From Alphaproteobacteria bacterium (lineage in GTDB: Bacteria > Pseudomonadota > Alphaproteobacteria > Bin95): DNA of 64,000 nt. The stretch covers positions 96,001 to 160,000 of the forward strand of contig CAXXWS020000002.1 in the NCBI GenBank assembly GCA_963665325.3, read 5' to 3'. Below are positions 38,323 through 47,699 of this stretch, piece by piece. The position numbers and the translations under genes are program-made. The notes beneath the pieces are model-generated. The model was not told the DNA's origin. It searched no databases and was given only the letters and a program-made list of their open reading frames with translations. Within the stretch, counting starts at the first letter, position 1. Every line of letters begins with the position of its first letter.

Positions 38323-39885
38323 TTAGCCCCAATCCGTCAGCGCCGCCGCTCCCGCGCCGGCGATGCGGCCGGAGACGAAGCATTCGGCGATGTTGCCGCC
38401 GGAGAGGTAGAGGTGGCCGAAGGCGCTGCCGAGCTCGCCCGCCGCATAGAGCCTCGGGATCGGCGTTCCGAAGACATTGACGATGCGCTGGCGGGTGTCG
38501 TGCACCGGCCCGCCCTGGGTGTTCGACACGACCGGCCATATCGGCGCGCCGTAATAGGGCGGCGTATCGACCGGGACCATGGTTCCCGGCGGGCGGCCGA
38601 AATCCTCGTCGCGCCCAGCCGCGCAGGCCTCGTTCCAGCGCGCGACGCTCGCCTCCACGGCGGCGGTGTCAAGGCCGAGCCCGGCGGCGAGTTCGGCCAG
38701 TGTGTCCGCCCGTGTGAGAACGCCCGATTCGACCTCCGCCAGATTGTCCTCGCTCCAGTCCAGCCTCACACCCTCGTCGTTGGAGGTCGGATGGCCCAGC
38801 GGGTAGAGCCGGCGGCCGTTGTCGTCGCAGATCATGACGCTCGGAATTCGCGGATAGTCCTGCCGGACCGTGTCGTAGAGCTGCATCTGCCGGTGGCCGG
38901 TGTCGTGGGTATAGGGCGGATATTCGTTCATGTAGCGCCGCCCGTCCCGGTCGAGCAGGATCCAGGCCATCTTCACGCCGGGGTCGTCATGTTCGCCACC
39001 TTCGGCGGGCCGCCAGTCGGGAAGCCGCTTGACCCTGATGCCGTAAGGATAGTCCGGATCGGCGCTCCGGAAGCCGTAGGCGCCGTGGAAGTGCCACATA
39101 TGCCAGAGCTGCGCGCCCAGGTCCTGGGCCATGGCGATGCCGTCCCCGGTGTTGTGCCGCGCGGCGGCGGGCAGGACCGGCCGGCCCTCCCAGAACTGGT
39201 CCTGCCGCTCGGCGCTGCCCTCGAACCCGCCGGAGGCGAGAACGACGCCGCGCCGCGCCCTGATCCGGCGGATGCCGTCCTGTCCCGCCACGGTTATGCC
39301 GTGGACTTCGGACCCGTCCTCCGAGGTGAGCATGCGCAGCGCGCGCGTGTTCAGCCGAACCTCGATGTCTTCGTTCCTGAGATTGTCGTCGAGGATCTTG
39401 AACAGCATCGGGCCGCCCGGCGCGCCATTGGCCCAGGGATAGACCGCCCGGGCATCGAAGTTCGGCACCGAGAGAACGGTCGTGTGATAGAATGTATTGA
39501 CCCCCGGCAGGGGGTAGTTGCCCCCGACCTTGCCGGCCACGACCGTGGTGCCGATCTCCGCATCGTTCACCCGGGCGAGGTCGCGCACATAGGGCTCGAG
39601 CAGCGTCATTCCCTCTGCGAGAGTGCGCGTGACGGCGTCCGGCGTCCGCCCGGCATTGGTGGCGGCCAGGTAGCTGTGGGCCTGCTGCGCATCGAGAGCG
39701 CACCGCACCGCGCCGTATGAGCAGATCGAAATGCCGCCCGGCACGCCGGTCTTCTCGATCAGCAGCACCCGCGCGCCGGCGCGCGCGGCTTCCAGCGCCG
39801 AAACGGACCCGGCAAATCCATAGCCGACCACGACGACGTCGAACGCCTCGTCATAGTCGCCCACCGAGCGGGGAATGCCCTCCAT
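38323..39885 (-). CDS. FAD-dependent oxidoreductase (fumarate reductase flavoprotein/3-ketosteroid dehydrogenase family)
   Basis: VVVVGYGFAG, VVLASGGF, NTGDG, NTQGGP, IPRLYAAGE motifs. Confidence 0.88.
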   Translation of the reverse strand: MEGIPRSVGDYDEAFDVVVVGYGFAGSVSALEAARAGARVLLIEKTGVPGGISICSYGAVRCALDAQQAHSYLAATNAGRTPDAVTRTLAEGMTLLEPYVRDLARVNDAEIGTTVVAGKVGGNYPLPGVNTFYHTTVLSVPNFDARAVYPWANGAPGGPMLFKILDDNLRNEDIEVRLNTRALRMLTSEDGSEVHGITVAGQDGIRRIRARRGVVLASGGFEGSAERQDQFWEGRPVLPAAARHNTGDGIAMAQDLGAQLWHMWHFHGAYGFRSADPDYPYGIRVKRLPDWRPAEGGEHDDPGVKMAWILLDRDGRRYMNEYPPYTHDTGHRQMQLYDTVRQDYPRIPSVMICDDNGRRLYPLGHPTSNDEGVRLDWSEDNLAEVESGVLTRADTLAELAAGLGLDTAAVEASVARWNEACAAGRDEDFGRPPGTMVPVDTPPYYGAPIWPVVSNTQGGPVHDTRQRIVNVFGTPIPRLYAAGELGSAFGHLYLSGGNIAECFVSGRIAGAGAAALTDWG

Positions 39886-39891
39886 GGCCGG

Positions 39892-40788
39892 TCAGTTCGC
39901 CAGGATGTCGGCGGGCCTGACGCCGTGCCAACCGGCCTCGCGCTCGCTCCAGTAGATCGACTGGATGCGGCTCGTGACGATGCCGGCATGGCCGTTGCCG
40001 ATGGGCTTGCCGTTGACCCCGGTAATCGGCATGACCCCGCCCGCCGTGGTGCTGGTGAAGACCTCGCTTGCCTCCTCCAGTTCCTCGGGACGGATCTTGC
40101 GCAGCTCGAAAGGAATGCCCTCGCGCTCGCAGATCTCGCGCACCGACCGCCGCGTAATCCCTTCCAGCACATTGTAGTCGGGGCTCGCCACCCGGCCGTC
40201 CTTCACGACGAATATGTTGAAACCCGGCCCTTCCGAGAGGTAGCCGTCCGGCCCGGCGAGGATGGCGTCGTCGCAGTCATTGTCGTAGGCCTCGAGCCGC
40301 GCCTGCACGAGGTCGGCGCGGTTGTAGTTCTTGAAGCGCTGGTCGATGGCCTTCGACGACACGCGCTCGACACCGCTCACGAAGAGGGTTGCGCCGTTGC
40401 GGCACCTGTCCTCGCCCCATATCCAGACATAGGGGATGGCATAGACCGCGACGCTGGGCTTCAACCCGCGCGGGTCCCGGACGCCCATCGGCGGCACGCC
40501 GCGCGTGATCTGCATCTTCACATAGGTATTCGGAAGCCCGGTCCGCTCCACGCATTCCGCGCAAATCCGGCGCATCTCCTCGAAAGAGTAGGGGTTCTCC
40601 AGCCGGAACCCTTCGCAGGACCGCTGGAACCGCTCGAGATGCTCGTCCAGCATGAAGAACCAGTCGTTCCAGGTGGAGGTCACGTCGTAAACGCAGTCGC
40701 CCCAGACGAATCCGGTGTCGAAGATCGATATCCTGGCCTCTTCCGGGGCCATGTATTCTCCGTCGATGAAAGCGATTCCTTCGGACAT
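39892..40788 (-). CDS. PLP fold-type IV aminotransferase
   Basis: ARISIFDTGF..GD..YDV, HLERF, KNY, SEGPGFNIF, LEGITR, TSTTAGGVMPI. Confidence 0.9.
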   Translation of the reverse strand: MSEGIAFIDGEYMAPEEARISIFDTGFVWGDCVYDVTSTWNDWFFMLDEHLERFQRSCEGFRLENPYSFEEMRRICAECVERTGLPNTYVKMQITRGVPPMGVRDPRGLKPSVAVYAIPYVWIWGEDRCRNGATLFVSGVERVSSKAIDQRFKNYNRADLVQARLEAYDNDCDDAILAGPDGYLSEGPGFNIFVVKDGRVASPDYNVLEGITRRSVREICEREGIPFELRKIRPEELEEASEVFTSTTAGGVMPITGVNGKPIGNGHAGIVTSRIQSIYWSEREAGWHGVRPADILAN

Positions 40789-40970
40789 CGATCCTCCTCC
40801 TGCTGGCGAAGCGGTCGTCGGCCCGGAGCCGGCGGTTCTACAGGGACATTAGGGCATAGGGGGTTTCGCCGCCAAGCCGCCGGGCTGGAAGAGTGTCCTT
40901 CTTCCTGCGATTGTTCGAGGCCTGAACCGTGCTTTCGCACCGCCAGCCGAGGAGGCGCCCCCGACCCGCC

Positions 40971-41717
40971 ATGCCCGATGTCGCCGGTTTCCGCGCCAAG
41001 TTCGCGGCCATCGTGCCGTCCACCAATACGATCGTGGAGGCCGACTTCAACCACCTCTTCCGCGTCCCCGGCGTCACCTTCCACACCGGGCGGATGTACA
41101 TCGAGCGCCCGGCGCTGGACTCGAACGACGCGTTCGCGCGGCTTCTCAGCCAGGTGGACCGCGCCTTCGAAACCGCGGTCCGGGATGTGATGACCTGCGA
41201 GCCCGATTACCTGGTGATGGGAATGTCGGCCCCGACATTCTGGGGCGGCCGGGACGGCAATGCGGCGTTCCTGGAACGCGCGCGCAGCCTTTGCGGGCTC
41301 GGCGTGACGACCGGCGCGGAAGCCTGCAGCACGGCGCTCGACACGCTCGGTGCGCGCCGGATCGCGGTGCTCACGCCCTACCAGCCGATCATGCGCGAGC
41401 AGATCGTGCGCTATTTCGAGGAATCGGGTTTCCCGGTGACGCGCTATGTCGATCTGGAATGCCCGACAGCGACGGCCATTGCGGCGGTGACCCCGGATGA
41501 ATTGCGCAAGGTGCTGCGCGAGATCGACGGCCCGGATGTGGACGCCATCGTGCAGGTGGGCACCAACCTGTCCATGGTGGCACTCGCGACGGAGGCGGAA
41601 GGCTGGCTCGGCAAGCCGGTGATCGCCATCAACACCGCGATTATCTGGCACGCCTACCGGGCGAACGGGTTCGACGACCGCATATACGGCTGCGGCTCGC
41701 TCCTCAGCGACCACTGA
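40971..41717 (+). CDS. Maleate isomerase/arylmalonate decarboxylase (Asp/Glu racemase) superfamily protein
   Basis: IVPSTNTIVE, RIAVLTPY, IVQVGTNL, GKPVIAIN motifs. Confidence 0.85.
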   Translation: MPDVAGFRAKFAAIVPSTNTIVEADFNHLFRVPGVTFHTGRMYIERPALDSNDAFARLLSQVDRAFETAVRDVMTCEPDYLVMGMSAPTFWGGRDGNAAFLERARSLCGLGVTTGAEACSTALDTLGARRIAVLTPYQPIMREQIVRYFEESGFPVTRYVDLECPTATAIAAVTPDELRKVLREIDGPDVDAIVQVGTNLSMVALATEAEGWLGKPVIAINTAIIWHAYRANGFDDRIYGCGSLLSDH

Positions 41718-41823
41718 GCGCACGCGGTTTGCAACAGGACGGCTTGAGCTATTCTCGGGCTGTCGCGATACGGCCCGGACGGTGCAGTGTCGAACAGGAA
41801 GAATATAAGGAAAGCAGACCTTT

Positions 41824-43890
41824 ATGACTGACTTGGGAACCCGTTGCAGGGTCGGGATTGATGTCGGCGGCACGTTCACCGACGTCATCCTGACGGACCG
41901 TGCCGGCGGAGCGCTCCATGTCGCCAAGTCGCCCTCCGTGCCCAGCGCTCCTGCCGACGGCTTTTTCGGCGGCGTGGACAAGATGCTGGACCTGTCCGGT
42001 GTCGGGCCGGCGGAAATCGCGACGGTCCTGCACGGCTCGACTATCGTCACCAATGCGATTCTGGAGGGAAAGGGCGCCCGCACCGGCCTGGTCACGACAA
42101 AGGGCTTTCGCCATGTACTGGAAATCGGCCGCGCCGAAATCCCGCGAGCGGCCAACCTCTTCTCCTGGGTCAAGCCGAAACGCCCTGTGCAGGCCCGCTA
42201 CATATTCGAGGCGCCCGGCCGCATCCGCATAGATGGAACGGAGGCGACGCCTCTGGACGAGGCCGCGGTCGAGTCGGCCGCAGAGGCCATCCGTACCGCC
42301 CGCCTCGCTTCGGTCGCGGTGGTCCTGCTGCACTCCTATGCCAACCGGGCGCATGAACGCCGGACGGGCGAGATTCTCCGCTCGCGCCTGCCGGACGTCG
42401 AAATTGCGCTTTCCGTCGATGTCCTGCCCGTCTTCCGGGAATACGAGCGCACTGTGGCGACCGCACTGAACGCCTCGGTGCAGCCGGTGGTCAGGCATTA
42501 TATCGGCCGACTTTCCGCCGGCCTGACGGACCGGGACATCCAGGCGCCGCTCTTGCTGATGAAATCGAACGGCGGCGCCTGCCCGCCGGAGGAAGCGGCC
42601 CGCGGCGCGGTGCACCTTGCGCTTTCGGGCCCCGCTGCCGGCGCGCAGGGCGCTGCCTGGCTGGGGCGAGCTGCCGGAATCGACGACCTGCTGACCATCG
42701 ACATGGGCGGCACCAGCGCCGATGTCGCGCTCATCCGGAACGGCCAGCCCGCCCTCTCGACCGCGGGCAGGATCGGCGAGCACCCGCTCGCATTCCCGAT
42801 GATCGACATTCACACCATCGGCGCCGGCGGCGGATCCGTCGCCACCGTGACCGACCAGGGCGCGATCCGGGTCGGCCCGGAAAGTGCCGGCGCCGATCCG
42901 GGCCCGGCCTGTTACGGCAAGGGCGGCGAGCGCCCGACCGTTTCCGACGCCAATCTCGTGCTCGGCCGTATCCCGCCTGCCCTGCTCGACGGCGAGGTCC
43001 CGCTGGACCCGGCTGCTGCAGAAGCCGCGATTCGCAGGCATGTCGCGGAACCGCTCGGCATCGACCTCGTCTCCGCCGCCCTCGGAATCGTCGATCTGGT
43101 CAACGCCAACATGACCGGGGCGCTGAAGGTGATGTCGGTGGAACGCGGCCTCGACCCGCGCGACTTCTCGCTCGCGGCCTTCGGCGGGGCGGGGCCCGTT
43201 CATGGCGCCGAGCTCATGCGCGAGCTCAAGGCCGCGCGCCTGCTTGTGCCGCGGTTTCCGGGCATTCTCTGCGCCATCGGCCTGTTGACGACGGACCTGC
43301 GCTACGACTTCGCCGTCACCCGCCTGCAACGCGCCGGCGCCTTCGACGCCGCTGCCACGGAGACGGTTTTCGCCGAGTTGACAGATGAGGCCGACCGCTG
43401 TCTCGAAGCCAACGGCGTTCCGCTCGAGCGCCGCCGGTTCCGCCGGTCGGCCGACATGCGCTACGAGAAGCAGGGCGTGGAGTTGACGGTGCCTTGCGGC
43501 GGCCCGGTCACGGAAAGCGCCCTGGACGGCCTGGTCGCAGGCTTCCACGCGCTCCACGAGCGGCTCTACACATTCTCGGACCCCGCAGCGCCAGTCGAGA
43601 TCGTCAACCAGCGGGTCGAGGCTGCCGGCCTGACGGACAAGTTCGACCTGCCGGAATTGTCTGCCGCGCCGACCGAGCGGCCGGAGCCTGCGGGCGAACG
43701 CCTCGCATCGTTCGGCGGCGGCACGCTTCGGGCCACGCCGACTTACCGCCGCGAGGCCCTGCTTGCCGGCCACATGGTCGAGGGGCCCGCCATCGTCGAT
43801 CAGCTCGATGCGACGACCGTTCTGCTCCCCGGCCAGACTGCGCTCGCCGACCGCTTCGGCAACCTGATCGTCTCGGAGGGCAGCCCGTGA
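41824..43890 (+). CDS. Hydantoinase A/5-oxoprolinase subunit
   Basis: GIDVGGTFTD, HGST..TNA, FREYER, DMGGTS, GAGGGS, SAGADPGPACY. Confidence 0.94.
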   Translation: MTDLGTRCRVGIDVGGTFTDVILTDRAGGALHVAKSPSVPSAPADGFFGGVDKMLDLSGVGPAEIATVLHGSTIVTNAILEGKGARTGLVTTKGFRHVLEIGRAEIPRAANLFSWVKPKRPVQARYIFEAPGRIRIDGTEATPLDEAAVESAAEAIRTARLASVAVVLLHSYANRAHERRTGEILRSRLPDVEIALSVDVLPVFREYERTVATALNASVQPVVRHYIGRLSAGLTDRDIQAPLLLMKSNGGACPPEEAARGAVHLALSGPAAGAQGAAWLGRAAGIDDLLTIDMGGTSADVALIRNGQPALSTAGRIGEHPLAFPMIDIHTIGAGGGSVATVTDQGAIRVGPESAGADPGPACYGKGGERPTVSDANLVLGRIPPALLDGEVPLDPAAAEAAIRRHVAEPLGIDLVSAALGIVDLVNANMTGALKVMSVERGLDPRDFSLAAFGGAGPVHGAELMRELKAARLLVPRFPGILCAIGLLTTDLRYDFAVTRLQRAGAFDAAATETVFAELTDEADRCLEANGVPLERRRFRRSADMRYEKQGVELTVPCGGPVTESALDGLVAGFHALHERLYTFSDPAAPVEIVNQRVEAAGLTDKFDLPELSAAPTERPEPAGERLASFGGGTLRATPTYRREALLAGHMVEGPAIVDQLDATTVLLPGQTALADRFGNLIVSEGSP

Positions 43891-45710
43891 CTTGCGAAAC
43901 GCCTGCCGCGCCCAACCGTTTCACCCTCGAACTCATCAAGGGCGCGCTCAATGCGGCCCGGTCGGAGATGGAGGCGCTGATCGCGCGCGCCGCCATGTCG
44001 CCTTTCATCCGAGAGAAAAAGGACTTCTTCACCGCGTTCCTGAACCGGGACGGCGAACTTGTGGTCTCCACCTCGCTCACGCTGGCGGGCAATCTCGTCG
44101 ATGCGATCCTGGAGGAATATCCGGCCGAGACCATGCGGCCCGGCGACCTCTACTGGTTCAATGACGTTTACGGGACCGGCGGCGCCGTCAGCCATCTGCC
44201 CGACATGGTCTTCGTCATGCCCGTGTTTCACGAGGGCCGGCTGTTCGCCTTCGCGGAGGCCTGGGGCCATCTCTGGGACATCGGCGGCTCGGTTCCAGGT
44301 TCGATCAGCCCGCACGCGATATCCGTCTTTCAGGAGGGCATCATGATTCCTCCGGTGCGGGTGATGCGCGAAGGGGTTGAGAACAGGGAGGTGGTGCGCA
44401 TCTTCACCCGCAATTCGCGCTTCCCGGACATGTTGCGAGGAGACCTCCGGGCGATCATGGCCGCCTGCCGCCTGGGCGCTCGCCGCCTGACCGAAACCGT
44501 CGAACGCCACGGCGTCGACGTGGTGGAAGCCGCGTTCGAGGCGATGCTGGCGGAGACCGAAGGCGCGCTGCGCGCCGAGATCGCTGCGCGCATCCCCGAC
44601 GGCGAATACGCTTTCCGCGACCGCATCGATTCCGATGCGGTGACCGACAGGTCGTATTTCGTGGACCTCGTGCTGCGGAAGGGCGGCGGAGCGCTTGAGA
44701 TGGATTTCTCGGCGTCGGACCGGCAGGCCGACGGGCCGATCAACTTTCTCATGGACGATTCGGTGCCGAAATTCATGCTCGGCCTCTGGATGTGCATGGA
44801 CCGGCCCGGCATCGGCATGAACGGCGGCTTCGAGCGCGCGGTAGAGCGCATCGTCACCCGGCCCGGCACGCTGGTCGCGCCCCGTTTCCCCGCGCCTCTG
44901 GGCCTGCGCTCACACACCATGATCCGGGTGACCAGCGCGCTGTTCGGAACGCTTGCCCGGGCGACCGGCGGGCAGGCTTCGGCGGCGCCCTCCGTTTACG
45001 TGCTCTACTATCTGCGCGGCAGGAACGCCGACGGGACGGAGCCGCTCTGCATCGAGGGCCTCTCGGTCGGCTTCGGCGCCCGCACCTTCGCGGACGGCAT
45101 CGATGCGGTCTACTACGTCGCCCAGGAAAACTACCCGATCGAGTTCGCCGAGATGGAATTCGGCGTCGAAATCGAGGCGTTCGGCATCCACCGGGACAGC
45201 GGCGGAGCCGGGCGCTGGCGCGGCGGCTGCGGCATCGTGCGGGACGTTCGGGTGTTGTCGGACGAAGCCCGCTTCGGCATCAGGCTCGACAATTGCCGCC
45301 AACCGGCCTTCGGGGTCCATGGCGGATTGTCGGGTTCGCCGGGCCGGGTCGTCGTCAATCCCGACGGCACGAATCCGCGGGACATCGCGACGATGGGCGA
45401 CGGCATTCGCCTGGAAAAAGGCGACCTGCTCCGGATTATCACACCCGGCGGCGGAGGCTGGGGCAATCCTGCCGACCGCCCGGCCGAAGACGTGCTGGCC
45501 GATGTGCTGGACGGCTTCGTTTCCGAGGAAGCCGCCGCGGGCGACTACGGCGTCGTGCTGGCCGGCGACTGCGTGGACCTCGAAGCGACCCTAGCCCGCC
45601 GCGCCGCCATGGCGCGGCCTTCCAAGATGTTTCACCGCGGGCGCTACTACGACGCCGACGAGGACCGCCCGGACGCCTTCACCGCATCAGCGACGGCAGG
45701 AAAAGGCTGA
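43887..45710 (+). CDS. Hydantoinase B/5-oxoprolinase subunit
   Basis: GTG overlapping the upstream stop; SPFIRE, SHLPD, HLWDIGG, DSGGAGRWRGG, TPGGGGWG. Confidence 0.93.
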   Translation: MTCETPAAPNRFTLELIKGALNAARSEMEALIARAAMSPFIREKKDFFTAFLNRDGELVVSTSLTLAGNLVDAILEEYPAETMRPGDLYWFNDVYGTGGAVSHLPDMVFVMPVFHEGRLFAFAEAWGHLWDIGGSVPGSISPHAISVFQEGIMIPPVRVMREGVENREVVRIFTRNSRFPDMLRGDLRAIMAACRLGARRLTETVERHGVDVVEAAFEAMLAETEGALRAEIAARIPDGEYAFRDRIDSDAVTDRSYFVDLVLRKGGGALEMDFSASDRQADGPINFLMDDSVPKFMLGLWMCMDRPGIGMNGGFERAVERIVTRPGTLVAPRFPAPLGLRSHTMIRVTSALFGTLARATGGQASAAPSVYVLYYLRGRNADGTEPLCIEGLSVGFGARTFADGIDAVYYVAQENYPIEFAEMEFGVEIEAFGIHRDSGGAGRWRGGCGIVRDVRVLSDEARFGIRLDNCRQPAFGVHGGLSGSPGRVVVNPDGTNPRDIATMGDGIRLEKGDLLRIITPGGGGWGNPADRPAEDVLADVLDGFVSEEAAAGDYGVVLAGDCVDLEATLARRAAMARPSKMFHRGRYYDADEDRPDAFTASATAGKG

Positions 45711-46989
45711 TCTCGGGAATCGCGATCAGCAGCAGCAGCGTCAGGACGTCGATGGCGAGGAACGGCATCACGCCCGCGAACACTTCCTCCAGCTTGAGCG
45801 GGATCGGCGAGGCGCTGCGCACGACATAGACATTGAGCCCGACCGGCGGCGTGATGAGCGAGACCTCGGCGAGCTTGATGGCGATGACGCCGAGCCAGAT
45901 CGGGTCGAAGCCGGCCTTGGTCAGGATCGGATACATGACCGGGAGCGTGATCACCATGATCGCGATCGGGTCGATCAGCATGCCGAGCACGAGATAGATG
46001 GCCGCGAACGCGAACAGGTATGTGTATTTGCCGAGCTCCAGCGCCAGCAATGCGCCGGTGATGTCGTTGACGATGCCTGTATATGTCAGATAGCGCGCGA
46101 AGATGATCCCGCCGATCACGATGATGAAGATCGACGAGGTGGTGACGCCGGCGTCCTTGAAGGTGTCGACGGCGGTGCGCGCGTTGAGGCGGCGTTTGGC
46201 GACCACGATCAGGAACGCGCCGAAAGCGCCGATGGCGCCGGCATAGGTAGGCACGAAGAAGCCCGTATAGATGCCGCCGATGACCAGCACGAACAGGAAG
46301 GCGATGCCCCACACGCCGTAGAGGGAGCGCCAGCGCCGGCCCCAGGAAATCCGGATTTCCGAGGGCGGCGCAAGGTGCGGGAACCGCTTCGCGATAGCGT
46401 AGATGCCGCCCATGTAGAGGGCCGCGGACAAGAGACCCGGCACCAGCCCCGCCACCAGCAGCAGCGCCACCGATTGCTCCGTAAGGATGGCGTAGATGAC
46501 CATCAGGATGCTCGGCGGAATCAGCGAGGCGAGCGTGCCCGAGGCGGCGATGCAGCCGGCGCTGAGCCGCCGGTCGTAGCCGAAGGAGGTCATCTGCGGC
46601 AGCGCCATCTTGGTGAAGACGGCGGCGTTGACCACGGTGGAGCCGCTGGCCGCTCCGAACGCCGCGGAGGCGAGCGTCGTTGCCATGGCGAGCCCGCCGG
46701 GCAGGCGCCCCAGCCAGTTATAGGCGGCGCGGTAGAGGTCCGTCGTCAGCCCCGCCTGGGTTGCGAGCGAGCCCATCAGGATGAACAGCGGAATGACCGC
46801 GAGCGTGAAGGAGTTGGTGGTGCTGAACGGGATGGTCGCAAGCTGCGCCCAGGCGGCGTCCGGCCCGATGGCGAGGAAGGTGCCCCATACGCCGCTGAGG
46901 CCGAGCGCCACGCCGATATGGACGCCCGAGCCCAGCATGGCGGCAAGCGCGATGGCAACAAGAACGCCGACGGTCGCGGGGTCGAGCAC
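45679..46989 (-). CDS. TRAP transporter large permease (DctM)
   Basis: IPLFILMG, GAASGS, LIPPS, ITPPVGLN motifs. Confidence 0.93.
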   Translation of the reverse strand: MLDPATVGVLVAIALAAMLGSGVHIGVALGLSGVWGTFLAIGPDAAWAQLATIPFSTTNSFTLAVIPLFILMGSLATQAGLTTDLYRAAYNWLGRLPGGLAMATTLASAAFGAASGSTVVNAAVFTKMALPQMTSFGYDRRLSAGCIAASGTLASLIPPSILMVIYAILTEQSVALLLVAGLVPGLLSAALYMGGIYAIAKRFPHLAPPSEIRISWGRRWRSLYGVWGIAFLFVLVIGGIYTGFFVPTYAGAIGAFGAFLIVVAKRRLNARTAVDTFKDAGVTTSSIFIIVIGGIIFARYLTYTGIVNDITGALLALELGKYTYLFAFAAIYLVLGMLIDPIAIMVITLPVMYPILTKAGFDPIWLGVIAIKLAEVSLITPPVGLNVYVVRSASPIPLKLEEVFAGVMPFLAIDVLTLLLLIAIPEISLFLPSLMR

Positions 46990-46992
46990 GGG

Positions 46993-47598
46993 CTAGCGGT
47001 CCCCCTCTTTGTCGTCGATATCCATCGCCGCCGCGTCCGCCGGGATGGTCTCGATGACGCCGATGTCGCGCTCGATGATTTCCTGGACCGAGAGCGCCTC
47101 GCCGCCCTTGATGAGCCGGTCGAGGTCCACGACCAGGTCGAGCAGCAGTTGCAGGATGAGCAGCGCCGTGCCGGCCGCCAGCACGATGCGCGCCGGCCAG
47201 AGCGGCATCCGCACGAGGCCGAATGTCGCCTCGTCTATCTTGATGCTGAACAGCGCCTCGTTGGTCGCCTGCCAGAGGAGCAGCGAAAAGAACAGCATCG
47301 CCATGAGGCTCGCGAAGATGTCCATCGCCGCCTGCCCGCGCGCGCCTGCCCGCATGTAGAGCAGTTCGACCCGGATGTGGCTGCGCCGGATCTGCGTGTA
47401 GGTCAGCGCGCCGAACACGATGAGCACCATCGTGCTCTCGGTGATTTCGGTGGCGCCCGGCACCGGCACGCCGAACATCTGCGTGCCGACCACGTCGGCC
47501 GTGCCGAGAAACGTCGAAATGATGAGGCCCAGCCCGCCGAACAGGAGGATTCCGAGCGCGACGGGTTCGAGCAGGCGGGTGAGCCTGTTCATCGTCAT
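46993..47598 (-). CDS. TRAP transporter small permease (DctQ)
   Basis: Four TM segments; ADVVG..PVPGATE, HIRVELL. Confidence 0.9.
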   Translation of the reverse strand: MTMNRLTRLLEPVALGILLFGGLGLIISTFLGTADVVGTQMFGVPVPGATEITESTMVLIVFGALTYTQIRRSHIRVELLYMRAGARGQAAMDIFASLMAMLFFSLLLWQATNEALFSIKIDEATFGLVRMPLWPARIVLAAGTALLILQLLLDLVVDLDRLIKGGEALSVQEIIERDIGVIETIPADAAAMDIDDKEGDR

Positions 47599-47610
47599 GG
47601 CGGGCTAGCC

Positions 47611-47672
47611 CTCAGGCAACGCGACCGCGGCCCCGGCATGCGCCGGAGCCGCGGCGGTTTCATTTGCCTCGG
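47611..47672. other. Long stem-loop between dctP and dctQ
   Basis: AGGCAA..CCGCGGCCCCGGC / GCCGGAGCCGCGG..TTGCCT inverted repeat. Confidence 0.55.
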
Positions 47673-47699
47673 GAAGAGGCGGCAGGACGGTCGTGGACC

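Noticed and set aside
45679-45710. 32-bp convergent overlap of hydantoinase B and dctM
   Set aside because: Short tail-to-tail overlaps are common in high-GC genomes; no sign of a frameshift.
18403-47610. Recurrent GGGCTAG at gene ends (about 18404, 46990, 47602) as MITE excision footprints
   Set aside because: Too short to distinguish from TAG stop-codon context without genome-wide statistics.
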